NCBI GenBank assembly: GCA_963514005.1
Contig: OY740791.1
Coordinates: forward strand, 17,360,001-17,424,000
DNA: 64,000 nucleotides
Source of the DNA: Raja brachyura
Lineage: Eukaryota
Direction of reading: 5' to 3'
Shown here: positions 51,801-58,745 of the stretch, piece after piece
Position numbering within the stretch: the first letter of the stretch is position 1
How the letters are laid out: the number at the start of each line of letters is the position of its first letter
Made by a program: the position numbers and the translations under genes
The notes under the pieces: generated by a model
The model's database searches: none
What the model was told of the DNA's origin: nothing
What the model saw: the letters and a program-made list of their open reading frames with translations, nothing else

Positions 51801-51896
51801 CTTCATCCAACGCACAGCTAACAGAAGAAGTCAGTCTTCGAAGTACTTCAGGATCTGCGAAGGCTTTACCATCAGCAGTGGATAATTTACCAATTC
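660..51896 (-). CDS. ANKHD1: ANKHD1 (ankyrin repeat and KH domain-containing protein 1, MASK1); partial spliced CDS, 26 exons in window, 5' and 3' ends outside window
   Basis: 26 exons with AG/GT (one GC) boundaries and compatible phases give one open frame. Segments that distinguish ANKHD1 from ANKRD17: [66 protein letters not shown]. Confidence 0.93.
1215..2900 (+). mobile_element. Degenerate CR1-clade LINE RT fragments with nested younger 3' tails
   Basis: RT motifs GNYRPVS (1863), [31 protein letters not shown]; many frameshifts. Confidence 0.8.
2072..2207 (+). mobile_element. HER1/HE1-type CR1 LINE 3' tail nested in older CR1
   Basis: ATGAATGGTGGTGCTGGCTCGAACGGCCGAATGGCCTCCTCCTGCACC plus (TTTCTATG)2 tail; interrupts the IVY|MDF motif of the host. 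Confidence 0.8.
3687..4300 (-). mobile_element. 5'-truncated HER1-like CR1 LINE
   Basis: ORF 3877..4149 [33 protein letters not shown] is the CR1 ORF2 C-terminus; conserved 3' stem-loop GGGCCGAATGGCCT and tail. Confidence 0.9.
4480..4778 (-). mobile_element. tRNA-derived SINE (HE1/V-SINE-like)
   Basis: Minus strand shows an A-box-like TGGTGCAGCAG, B-box GTTCGATCC, V-domain-like CTGCGTGGGTTTCTCTGGGTGCT..TTCCTCCCACA and a CR1-type tail GGGCCGAAGGGCCT. Confidence 0.8.
5094..5249 (-). CDS. ANKHD1: ANKHD1 exon, [51 protein letters not shown]
   Basis: ctag|ACTGCA, AAG|gtaact; 156 nt. Confidence 0.92.
5343..5793 (-). CDS. ANKHD1: ANKHD1 exon, [28 protein letters not shown]...SETQNHA
   Basis: acag|ATGAAG, AAG|gtggga; 451 nt; ORF 5333..5782. 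Confidence 0.92.
5885..6050 (-). CDS. ANKHD1: ANKHD1 exon with Lys-rich [35 protein letters not shown]...DRFE
   Basis: gtag|TCAAGA acceptor; GC donor AAG|gcaagt; 166 nt, ends phase 1. Confidence 0.88.
6462..6578 (-). CDS. ANKHD1: ANKHD1 exon, [39 protein letters not shown]
   Basis: ctag|GAGCTG, AAG|gtggga; 117 nt. Confidence 0.95.
8058..8153 (-). CDS. ANKHD1: ANKHD1 exon, [32 protein letters not shown]
   Basis: ccag|GGTCAT, AAG|gtgagt; 96 nt. Confidence 0.95.
9245..9835 (+). mobile_element. 5'-truncated, young HER1-like CR1 LINE
   Basis: Uninterrupted 164-aa ORF 9257..9751 ([18 protein letters not shown]...[13 protein letters not shown]) followed by the conserved 3' UTR and TTGTCTAT tail. 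Confidence 0.92.
9953..10115 (-). CDS. ANKHD1: ANKHD1 exon, [22 protein letters not shown]...[11 protein letters not shown]
   Basis: acag|AGGGGC, AAG|gtaaac; 163 nt. Confidence 0.95.
10228..10403 (-). CDS. ANKHD1: ANKHD1 exon, [25 protein letters not shown]...[13 protein letters not shown]
   Basis: ttag|ACTGGC, CAG|gtattt; 176 nt. Confidence 0.95.
10589..10730 (+). mobile_element. Solo left TIR fragment of the Tc1 family seen at 34753
   Basis: TA|CAGTGCTCTCCATAATGTTTGGGACAAAGACCCATC..., near-identical to 34753-34890. Confidence 0.85.
10731..11170 (-). mobile_element. Rex1/Babar-like LINE internal fragment (endonuclease-RT linker)
   Basis: Minus-strand translation [31 protein letters not shown]...[12 protein letters not shown]. 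Confidence 0.75.
11472..11685 (-). CDS. ANKHD1: ANKHD1 exon, [18 protein letters not shown]...[13 protein letters not shown]
   Basis: gcag|GACTGG, AAG|gtaatc; 214 nt; ORF 11460..11741. Confidence 0.95.
12586..12728 (-). CDS. ANKHD1: ANKHD1 exon, [47 protein letters not shown]
   Basis: ctag|GTAGTA, CAG|gtatca; 143 nt. Confidence 0.95.
12812..12945. mobile_element. Inverted pair of Penelope-like terminal repeat fragments
   Basis: AAGTGCTAGAGGAACTCAGCGGGT ... ACCCGCTAAGTTCCTCCAGCACTT form inverted arms. Confidence 0.7.
13296..13441 (-). CDS. ANKHD1: ANKHD1 exon, [49 protein letters not shown]
   Basis: ttag|GTTTTA, GAG|gtgaga; 146 nt. Confidence 0.95.
14108..14219 (-). CDS. ANKHD1: ANKHD1 exon, [37 protein letters not shown]
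   Basis: ttag|ACTGAG, AAG|gtatgc; 112 nt. Confidence 0.95.
14478..14626 (-). CDS. ANKHD1: ANKHD1 exon, [20 protein letters not shown]...[14 protein letters not shown]
   Basis: tgcag|CAGTGA (tandem NAGNAG), CAA|gtaagt; 149 nt. Confidence 0.9.
15120..16280 (+). mobile_element. Old, highly degenerate Penelope-like element
   Basis: Remnant IGETK motif (GIY-YIG) at about 15775 and a decayed terminal repeat at about 16200-16280. Confidence 0.45.
17220..17532 (-). mobile_element. 5'-truncated HER1-like CR1 LINE
   Basis: Nearly identical to 3700-3995 ([17 protein letters not shown], 3' stem-loop, tail). Confidence 0.9.
19488..19577 (-). mobile_element. Penelope-like terminal repeat fragment
   Basis: GTGCTGGAGTAACGCAGCAGGTCATGCAGCATC...GGGACCCTTCTTCAAACT. 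Confidence 0.7.
21610..22350 (-). CDS. ANKHD1: ANKHD1 large symmetric exon (coiled-coil/Q-rich linker), [11 protein letters not shown]...[11 protein letters not shown]
   Basis: ttag|GTACAT, CAG|gtgggt; 741 nt, phase 1-1; ORF 21557..22384. Confidence 0.94.
24638..25854. mobile_element. Non-autonomous PIF/Harbinger-like DNA transposon with long inverted repeats
   Basis: TIRs CCCTGTCCCACTTAGGAAAC...GTTTCCTAAGTGGGACAGGG flanked by TTA on both sides; arms extend about 190 bp; contains an N gap. Confidence 0.8.
25524..25680. other. Assembly gap (N run)
   Basis: Run of N. Confidence 1.
27250..27358 (-). mobile_element. Penelope-like terminal repeat with partly duplicated hammerhead core
   Basis: Minus strand: CTGAAGAAGGGTCCCAGTCTGAAAAAGGGTCTCGACCTGAAATGTCACC. 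Confidence 0.75.
28116..28318. mobile_element. Inverted pair of Penelope-like terminal repeats
   Basis: About 70-bp imperfect inverted arms, 28116-28185 vs 28210-28280. Confidence 0.75.
29474..29605 (+). mobile_element. Penelope-like terminal repeat, hammerhead core mutated
   Basis: CTGATGAAGGGTCTCGATCCTAAATATC (GAAA changed to TAAA) plus the family 3' sequence. Confidence 0.75.
30672..30774 (-). CDS. ANKHD1: ANKHD1 exon, [34 protein letters not shown]
   Basis: ccag|GCCCCC, AAG|gtgagt; 103 nt. Confidence 0.92.
31370..31830 (+). mobile_element. Degenerate Rex1-like LINE RT fragment
   Basis: Remnants of [37 protein letters not shown] motifs. Confidence 0.7.
31850..33350 (+). mobile_element. 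Degenerate CR1 LINE with two nested insertions
   Basis: [13 protein letters not shown] and C-terminal CR1 motifs, interrupted at 32350-32617 and about 32679-32940. Confidence 0.7.
32350..32617 (-). mobile_element. CR1 LINE 3' end nested in older CR1
   Basis: ORF 32433..32615 [24 protein letters not shown]; (ATGGTTAT)n tail; CATAT flanks both sides. Confidence 0.8.
34215..34375 (-). mobile_element. HER1-like CR1 internal fragment
   Basis: [19 protein letters not shown]...EVRKNF. Confidence 0.8.
34390..34492 (+). mobile_element. Penelope-like terminal repeat with hammerhead core
   Basis: CTGAAGAAGAGTCTCGACCCGAAACATC followed by the family consensus. Confidence 0.75.
34495..34605. mobile_element. 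Right half of Harbinger-like MITE
   Basis: Ends AAGTGGGACAGGCCCT|TAA, the same terminal motif as the 24638 and 52789 elements; left end absent. Confidence 0.6.
34753..36628 (+). mobile_element. Full-length inactive Tc1/mariner transposon (long TIR type) with broken transposase
   Basis: TA|CAGTGCCCTCCAT...ATGGAGGGCAGTG|TA with about 200-bp TIRs; HTH domain with GRPRK (35097), [17 protein letters not shown] motifs; frameshifts and a LINE insertion. Confidence 0.92.
35511..35800 (-). mobile_element. HER1-like CR1 3' end inserted into the Tc1 transposase
   Basis: Same 3' UTR and tail as other copies; GAT duplicated at the junctions (TCAGAGTGAT| ... |GATGGCAAG). Confidence 0.88.
36949..37092 (-). 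CDS. ANKHD1: ANKHD1 exon, [27 protein letters not shown]...PPSHDQSQ
   Basis: tcag|GATGGC, CAG|gtgagg; 144 nt; end of first ankyrin cluster. Confidence 0.95.
37222..37349 (-). CDS. ANKHD1: ANKHD1 exon, [43 protein letters not shown]
   Basis: tcag|GAGCAA, AAG|gtactg; 128 nt. Confidence 0.95.
37625..38060 (-). mobile_element. Degenerate CR1 LINE 3' fragment
   Basis: Reverse-complement similarity to the CR1 ORF2 C-terminus seen elsewhere in the window. Confidence 0.6.
38537..38624 (-). CDS. ANKHD1: ANKHD1 exon, [29 protein letters not shown]
   Basis: acag|GAACAT, AAG|gtgggc; 88 nt. Confidence 0.95.
38908..39017 (-). CDS. ANKHD1: ANKHD1 exon, [37 protein letters not shown]
   Basis: tcag|GCGCAA, TTG|gtaata; 110 nt. 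Confidence 0.95.
39741..39932 (-). CDS. ANKHD1: ANKHD1 exon, [23 protein letters not shown]...[11 protein letters not shown]
   Basis: ttag|GAGCCA, CAG|gtatgt; 192 nt. Confidence 0.95.
40410..41550 (+). mobile_element. Degenerate CR1 LINE (RT to 3' tail)
   Basis: [32 protein letters not shown], then a TTCTATGT-type tail. Confidence 0.8.
42420..42592. mobile_element. Penelope-like terminal repeat pair (short inverted end plus direct copy)
   Basis: GAAGGGTCCTGACCCGAAACATTACC...; 5' CTGTAGATACTGG is inverted relative to 3' GCACCTGCAGTTC. Confidence 0.65.
42668..42760 (-). mobile_element. Penelope-like terminal repeat with hammerhead core
   Basis: Minus strand: GGGTCTGAAGAAGGGTTTTGGCCCGAAACATTGCCT. 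Confidence 0.75.
42970..43207 (-). CDS. ANKHD1: ANKHD1 exon, [14 protein letters not shown]...[10 protein letters not shown]
   Basis: gcag|GATGGC, AGG|gtacga; 238 nt; ORF 42890..43240. Confidence 0.95.
43565..43705 (-). mobile_element. HER1/HE1-type 3' tail
   Basis: CATAGAAAATAGGTGCAGGAGTAGGCCATTCG... as in the other copies. Confidence 0.8.
44677..44771 (-). CDS. ANKHD1: ANKHD1 exon, [32 protein letters not shown]
   Basis: acag|GTCATT, ATG|gtaagt; 95 nt. Confidence 0.95.
45390..45623 (-). CDS. ANKHD1: ANKHD1 exon, [12 protein letters not shown]...[11 protein letters not shown]
   Basis: tcag|GAAACA, AAG|gtatga; 234 nt; ORF 45370..45648. Confidence 0.95.
45727..45874 (-). CDS. ANKHD1: ANKHD1 exon, [28 protein letters not shown]...AQSST
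   Basis: taag|GTTCTG, CAG|gtaagt; 148 nt; lies in ORF 45719..45940. Confidence 0.95.
46132..48168 (+). mobile_element. Helitron-like non-autonomous element, 5' portion, carrying a minisatellite
   Basis: Begins A|TCTATCTAAATAC...; CpG-rich body resembling the 53943-56394 element in organisation; no 3' CTAG terminus found. Confidence 0.5.
46520..48165. repeat. GC-rich minisatellite, CCCAGCGTGGGAG(G/A) plus (CCCGG/CCCAG)n, units of 19/24/29 bp
   Basis: Tandem array read directly; no stop codons in any frame. Confidence 0.97.
48168..48790 (-). mobile_element. CR1-clade LINE RT fragment
   Basis: Minus-strand remnants of [24 protein letters not shown] and [15 protein letters not shown]. Confidence 0.75.
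48830..49020 (-). mobile_element. Degenerate tRNA-derived SINE
   Basis: Similar to 4480-4778 (GCGCCAGAGGCCAGGGTTCAATG..., GCTGTCTGTGTGAAATTTGCAC). Confidence 0.65.
49594..49741 (-). CDS. ANKHD1: ANKHD1 exon, [49 protein letters not shown]
   Basis: ttag|CCGAAG, CAA|gtaagt; 148 nt; first ankyrin repeats. Confidence 0.95.
50950..51043 (-). mobile_element. Penelope-like terminal repeat with intact minimal hammerhead core
   Basis: Minus strand: CTGAAGA-A-GGGTCTCGGCCC-GAAAC-GTC. Confidence 0.8.
51014..51041 (-). ncRNA. Minimal type I hammerhead ribozyme motif (Penelope-associated)
   Basis: All core nucleotides present: CUGANGA, stem II GGGU/GCCC, GAAA, GUC triplet; palindromic ACGU stem III. Stem I is weak and activity is untested. 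Confidence 0.6.
51740..51896 (-). CDS. ANKHD1: ANKHD1 exon (first in window), [52 protein letters not shown]
   Basis: aaag|GAATTG acceptor, GACAA|gtacgt donor; 157 nt, phase 1 to 2. Confidence 0.92.
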
Positions 51897-52788
51897 CTTT
51901 TGATTTCGTTCACAGTTAGTAGGTGTTGCAGGCGAAAAAACAAAGACAAACACAATAGCCATACATTAAATGCAGTTCATGCACACATAAGGTTAGTCTA
52001 CAAAATAATCAAGACGTTCATAGCAAGTTTCAGACTAAACATGCAACTTAAAAAGCTACAACACAAAATAACCACCTTTCCAATTTTAAGTAATTTCTTG
52101 ATGCTTTAAGAAATATTACCCTTTTATGAAAAAGCTACATCAAATCATTATCTTGGATGAAAAATAACATTAAATGTTCCTCACTTCCCCATTCAATTGC
52201 AAATCATAGATATTATCAAAGTTTGAATTTATATAGTTCTATCACAGGTAATGGCCAACTGCCAATATAACTTAGTCCTCAACCATCAATTTCAAGCACT
52301 TGTACAATATGTGTTAAACAAAAAAGTAAAACTGAAAATTTGTAACATGAAGTGTTTATATATGCAACTTAAAATTAAAATTCAATGGATTATTCACTAT
52401 CTGGGGTCCAGGGACTAAATTGAACAGAATAAGAGCAATGGTTACAAGGGGACGGAATAAAACTGGCTGACAATGTCTACACAAGTCGTATAAGAGAAAA
52501 ACAAATTCCACACCTCAACCTCATTCCACAGCCCTGGAAATTACATATTTATGCAGATCAAACACAATTGAATTGACCTCCACCATTATCTCGTGCATTC
52601 TGGAACATTACCACTCGCTCCCTGTTAACAAATTCCCCCTGCCCCTTCAGCGTTTTTTTGTTGATCATCTTTGTGCTACATCCCTGCATCTTGATCAAAG
52701 AGGAACCATTTTTCTCAAATCCTGTCCACTCGGAAAGACTTTATATACATCTACCAAATGTCTTGTAGCACCAGTGTCTTCAGCCTAA

Positions 52789-52997
52789 AGGGCCTGTCCC
52801 ACTTTCACGACCTAATACACAACCTGTTTTACTCGTGGACATTTTTCATCGTGCTAGAAAAACGGCCCGACCTATTTGATGCCACGAGTACCTACGACTA
52901 GCACCACAACCTACCTACGACCTCGTGACGGCCATGCTGCGGGTATGAGTCATGGGCAAACTTGGCAGAGGTCATGAAAGGCGTCGTGAAAGGCCCT
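52789..52997. mobile_element. Harbinger-like MITE
   Basis: TAA|AGGGCCTGTCCCACTTTCACGAC ... GTCGTGAAAGGCCCT|TTA; the right TIR has an internal deletion. Confidence 0.7.
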
Positions 52998-54135
52998 TTA
53001 CCATACTACTGTGACTTCAAGGTTAAGTCACTTTAGTTTAGCTCTTCTACTTTCCAAAGCTTATACACCAATCCTAAAAGGCACAATGCTGAAAATTGCC
53101 ACAATACTCCAGTTGTGGATGGACCAGCGTTATACACGAGTTTGAAACTCAGCTTTAAACAAATCGTTCATCATATCTTGACACCCATGAAATAAATCGT
53201 ATTACTTTCTACAATAAATAAACTGATCAGCTGTTAAGTGTCTCAAACTCCTTTTGCTCCTAAGAAAATTTAATTTTACTCAATCATTATGTTACACAGA
53301 ACTTCAATGTTCAACTATTTTTTTAAAAAAATTACCACCATACCACACATTAATACTAAAGAGAAAAAAAAAGTTGCTTGTTAATATAAAATTTGCAAAG
53401 AGGATGTGCAATCTTCCATTTCAGACACAGACTGTCAACACTGGGCACATTCAGAACAGGGACAATGAGAGACGTGGTCCGATTAACATAAGGAAATGTC
53501 ACTAAGTGATTTTTCATTTATAGGAATATATATCTGTACTGTAAACTTTACTGCTAAATTCTGACATGACTTCAAAATGAAAATCTCAAGATCAGTTAAG
53601 ACTTTACAAATTGATTTATTACACCACCTCATGGAGAATATCTGAGTGGCATTAAATCTCCTGAAATAAACTTGGAATAGATCCCAGCGTAATCCAGATT
53701 AATTTCCAATATTTATACATGAACACAGAGGTAAAAGTTAGGAAAAGGTTGCCCGATTTATTTTGCATTTCCGCATGTTGCACTTCATCACTACTTTATC
53801 AAAGATTGTTTGCACTCAAACACAAGGACACAAAACCAAATTAGCAACAAAACACAGAAAAGGATTAATGCATTTTGATAAATCAATTATAAAATTTAAA
53901 AGTTAGTTTGATTGTTGCTGAAAACTTAATTTTATAGGTGCACTAGACCAAAGTAGGACCCGTTTTCTTTTTGGGGGGGGGGGAGGTGCGCCTGCGGCGT
54001 CACACACACAAACTAACAACCACACACAAACTAACACACACTAACCACCCCCCTTGATATTATATTAATATTATTCATAGGATCATTTTACCCCATCCCC
54101 CGCCCTATCCACTCACACATAGTCCCCAACTTGCG

Positions 54136-54910
54136 GGCAGAGGGGGAGGGCAGGGGCAGAGGGGGAGGGCAGGGGCAGAGGGGGAGGGCAGGGGCAGAGG
54201 GGGAGGGCAGGGGCAGAGGGGGAGGGCAGGGGCAGAGGGGGAGGGCAGGGGCAGAGGGGGAGGGCAGGGGCAGAGGGGGAGGGCAGGGGCAGAGGGGGAG
54301 GGCAGGGGCAGAGGGGGAGGGCAGGGGCAGAGGGGGAGGGCAGGGGCAGAGGGGGAGGGCAGGGGCAGAGGGGGAGGGCAGGGGCAGAGGGGGAGGGCAG
54401 GGGCAGAGGGGGAGGGCAGGGGCAGAGGGGGAGGGCAGGGGCAGAGAGGGAGGGCAGGGGCAGAGAGGGAGGGCAGGGGCAGAGAGGGAGGGCAGGGGCA
54501 GAGAGGGAGGGCAGGGGCAGAGAGGGAGGGCAGGGGCAGAGAGGGAGGGCAGGGGCAGAGAGGGAGGGCAGGGGCAGAGAGGGAGGGCAGGGGCAGAGAG
54601 GGAGGGCAGGGGCAGAGAGGGAGGGCAGGGGCAGAGAGGGAGGGCAGGGGCAGAGAGGGAGGGCAGGGGCAGAGAGGGAGGGCAGGGGCAGAGAGGGAGG
54701 GCAGGGGCAGAGAGGGAGGGCAGGGGCAGAGAGGGAGGGCAGGGGCAGAGAGGGAGGGCAGGGGCAGAGAGGGAGGGCAGGGGCAGAGAGGGAGGGCAGG
54801 GGCAGAGAGGGAGGGCAGGGGCAGAGAGGGACGGCAGGGGCAGAGAGGGACGGCAGGGGCAGAGAGGGAGGGCAGGGGCAGAGAGGGAGGGCAGGGGCAG
54901 AGAGGGAGGG
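54136..54910. repeat. 19-bp G-rich minisatellite (GCAGAG[G/A]GGGAGGGCAGGG)n, about 40 copies
   Basis: Tandem array read directly. Confidence 0.97.
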
Positions 54911-55399
54911 GGGTAGAGTTTGATGGGCGGGCACGGCATCACAGGGGAGGGCTGGTTACGAACGCAATACTCCCTCACTCCGGCTCTGCTTCTGCCCAGG
55001 TCCACGGTCTTGGGCTCTGCCTGCGGCAGCAACCCCCCATCCATGCACGGACCCAGGGCCCGAGGGGGGGGGGGGGGGGGAGTGACGTCACTCGCAGCGC
55101 AAGCAAGAACGGCAGGCAACCAGACCTATTGTGACATCATCAGCGAAAGACAGCCGGTTTTTCCCCAGAAAGTTTTTCCAGATTATTGAACATTTTCATT
55201 AATAACTCGAGCAATAAAGCATGAATTTTTCAGATAAGGCAATTTTGGACTCAAGGGGAAAAATCTCTACCAGAATATGTAAAAATTATACTGTTAGCGC
55301 GTCGTTTTTTCGAGAATGTATTATTAATTTGCTCCTTTTAACCACATAACCCTATCCATGCATAGCCCCCAACTCCCGGGCATGTCTAGAGAGGGATGG

Positions 55400-55574
55400 G
55401 AGTGGGGGGGGGGGGGGGGGGGGGGGGGAGTAGAGAGTGAGGGCAGAGAAAGAATGGAGACAGGCAGAGAGGCAGAGACAGAAGGGCAAGAGAGAGGGAG
55501 GGGGGGGTTGGAGGGGAGGAGAGGGAGGATGGGTTAGGGGGGAGGGTGGGGGAGGAGGGGAGAGAGAGAGATGG

Positions 55575-55626
<52 letters not shown>

Positions 55627-55640
55627 GGAGGAGGGAGAGA
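55400..55640. repeat. Poly-G and (AG)n low-complexity tract
   Basis: G run at about 55405-55428 and (AG)n at about 55579-55622. Confidence 0.9.
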
Positions 55641-58464
55641 GAGCTCGCGGGATCCTGTCAGCGTGAGAGCCAGGCCGGTGGGGGACAGACAATCGGGCCT
55701 CCCCAGAGAAGAGGACGTCCCTTGTGACGGGTAGAGAGAAGAGGGGAGAGAGGGAAAGAGGAGAGAGGAGGTGGTGAGAAGAGGAGGGTGGGGGTGGGGA
55801 GAGAGCCGGGCGAGTGAGTGGGCTGCGAAATGGGGAGAGAGACAGAAGCGGCCTCTGATTCTCTGGAAACCCACTGCTGGAATGAGAGGCCGGGCGGGGG
55901 AGGGGTGGGGCTTTGCGAGCTGCGCCAACAGCGCGGAGAAGATTCAGCGGGTGAGGCATCGCTGACCCCGAGATCTGCAGAACAAAGATCCTATAGCGGA
56001 GCTGAGCTGCAGAACTTTCTCGATCTTTCTGCACCTTTTGAAGAACGGGGGGGGGGGGGGGAGACGAGAAGAACACGTACCTTGTGGAAAACTACTCATG
56101 CACGTTGACAGCAGCTGCATTAACCAACAGCGGTGGCGGCGGGGGGGAGTGGGGGCAAGGAGGCAGGTGGGTCTCGATTGGTGGGCATGTGGGCATTGTG
56201 ACGTCAGCAGCTCAGAAGCGGCGATAATTTTTTTTAAGTGAGTTTTGTGAATAATTTAATTCAAAATCTGGGGAAATAATTGCCCAAATTTAGAGGAGTA
56301 CATTTCTAAATTCATAAGTTAAATCCCAACCAAAATATCCAACAAGCTCCGCGTTTTTGCGTCTGACACACACACACTTTTAAAAGTATATAGATATGAT
56401 ATGGCTGTCGCAAGAACTAAACTGATGATACTTTTTCCCTTCTCTAGTTAATTCAAACCCATTTTCACCAGACTTATTATCACATTATTAAAGCATATTT
56501 TAATTAATATTTTCTGGTAAAGACCGGACATGTCTCAGTGAGGATTCTTAAGCTTGACTGTTTTAAGGGATGTATTGTGCATCTATCTCACACCCCGGAT
56601 TCCCCTCTGTAGGGTTTTATGCAACAAAGGAACTCTATCCCAAGTAAATTCAAACCCAGTAAGTTCTGCACTTTAACAATAATTACCATGTCACATTTCT
56701 AGCAAAAGCATTTCATTTTAATTCCAACTCCAGTTGCTTTGCAATTATTAATCAAAATGTCTGATTTTCTGCCAGTTTTTTTTTATTTGGGCAGCTCGTG
56801 GTCATAAGAGTGAAAGAGCCCAGTTTCAATAACGACTTATTCTGTCATCCAGATTCAGGATGACTTGAATTCCTAACATTTATACGCATCGATTCACAAT
56901 CAATGAATCAACAAATGCAAAAACATGACCTCTTAACACAAAAATATTGCTTGCATTTCAAGTATCATTTTCAGTATGAAGTAAACCATAATAACTTGAA
57001 TAACTTATCAATATGAAGTCAATGGAATAAATCAAACATCGAGAGCATTGGAATCGCTATTAGAATCAGGCCACGAGGTAGTTGGATCAGCATTGCGTAT
57101 TGGGCTTTATTCATTCAGCTCAGTTTAGAGGATTAACATGAGATTTCATGCCGACGTGCATGACAATGATGCTTCCAGAACATGAAAAATAGTTTATCAT
57201 GGTATAACTGATATGAAATACTTTTTAAAAACAAACTCAGCATGAAATTTTGATTTAGAATATAATGCCCGAAAATGTGACGAAGAGAACAATAGTACAT
57301 TTTTATCCCAACAAAGTTAGCTTCAGAAAGCAAAAATACATTTTTCTTCACTCACAAGATGTGGGGAATACTGACAAGATCAGCATTTATAGATCAAACT
57401 TCCTAGATGACAGTGGGCCTTCTTTTTTGCCTTCTTCCTATGGTGGAGTTGGATGGGAAGATGCAACATTTTGGCATAGCATAAATTAACATCAATATAT
57501 TTAAAATTCCTGATATGAAATTTGGAAGGGGCACTTACAGGTATTGACATCGCCATGCACCTGCTGCCTCTGCTCTGATGGATGGCGAGTGAAGAAACTA
57601 AATGAGTTGTAGATACACATCTTGCTCAAGGTGGATAGTGGAGAAAGCAAATGTTCAGGGAAGAGAATGGGGTTGCTTGTCTAAGATGATGGATGATGAA
57701 CTTCAATAGTTTTGGAGTCGCTTTCATCCAAACAAGTGCAGTAATATAACAAACGGCAGTAAAACGTTAATTATCTGCCATCTGACCATTTGGAAATCCC
57801 AAAGCTCCAGCTTCTGGCTCATTGGGAGACATTTGTTGCTCTCCCATGAAACTCATTAAGACCCTAGTTCCTCTGCTCCCCATCAACTGAACTGCTTTAC
57901 TATAAAATTATGATACTGTATTATCTGTAAAAGTGAATTGAAAGTATATTATGGTATTAATAGGAATAGTATCCAAGTCCAGAAAATCTGCAAGTCTGAC
58001 ATCCAAGTCCCAAGCATTCAGGTTAGTCTTACTCCTGATTTGTGCCTTGACAAGAGGTTTTATGGATACAGAAAGTCCGAGAAATATTAGGACCTGCTCT
58101 TTTATGTGAAATATATAACACACATTATTGAAAGAGCATAGACTTTTGACCATTTTCCAAAAATTTTTTTTACACTTCTCTAAACACCTCCAACATTTTG
58201 ACAGTTAAATAGAAACTCAACCAAATCATTCTAAGCACAATAGCTTAGAAAATACATTAACTATTGATAAAGGGCATTTGGCATTGAACAGAATTCCCTT
58301 GCACTTTAACATCTATTTAAAGCATTGGAAGTGTGAAATGGAAATAGCACAGCATCCTTGCAGACTATCAGGTACTGAGAAGAGATCAACCAACCTTGCT
58401 TCTTTTTTTCAGATCAGGCTGCAGATTTGAAAAATGAACAATTCCAGTAAAATTTTAGGACACC

Positions 58465-58745
58465 AGGGCAGAATGGTGGTGCTGTGGTAGAATTACCAGC
58501 TTACAGCACCAGAGACCCGGGTTCGATCCTGACTACGGGTGATGTCTCTGCAGAGTTTGTACGTTCTCCCCGTGACTGCGTGGGTTTTCTCCGGGTGCTC
58601 CGGCTTCCTCCCACACTCCAAAGACGTACACGTTTGTAGGTTAATTGGCTTTGGTAAATTGCCCGATGTGCAAGATAGTGCTAGTGCAGGGGGTTTTCGC
58701 TGGGAACTCAGTGGGCCGAAGGTCTTGTCTCTCTAAAGTCTAAAG
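58465..58745 (+). mobile_element. tRNA-derived SINE (HE1/V-SINE-like)
   Basis: B-box GGTTCGATCC, V-domain CTGCGTGGGTTTTCTCCGGGTGCTCCGGCTTCCTCCCACA, tail GGGCCGAAGG...(CTAAAGT)2. Confidence 0.85.

Larger units (their letters stand above)
53943..56394 (-). mobile_element. Non-autonomous Helitron-like element (composite) with internal mini- and microsatellites
   Basis: Minus strand starts A|TCTATATAC and ends GGTCTAG|T: 5' TC, 3' CTAG, AT target, no TSD. GC/CpG-rich block sharply bounded in an AT-rich intron. Confidence 0.72.

Noticed and set aside
660-51896. Assignment to ANKRD17
   Set aside because: The linker exon and C-terminal diagnostic segments match ANKHD1 better.
54088-56108. Pro-rich and Gly/Arg-rich ORFs of 180-343 aa
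   Set aside because: Low-complexity minisatellite, poly-G and (AG)n inside a transposon.
58465-58545. tRNA gene
   Set aside because: A/B boxes run into a SINE body and LINE-like tail; no cloverleaf or T-run terminator.
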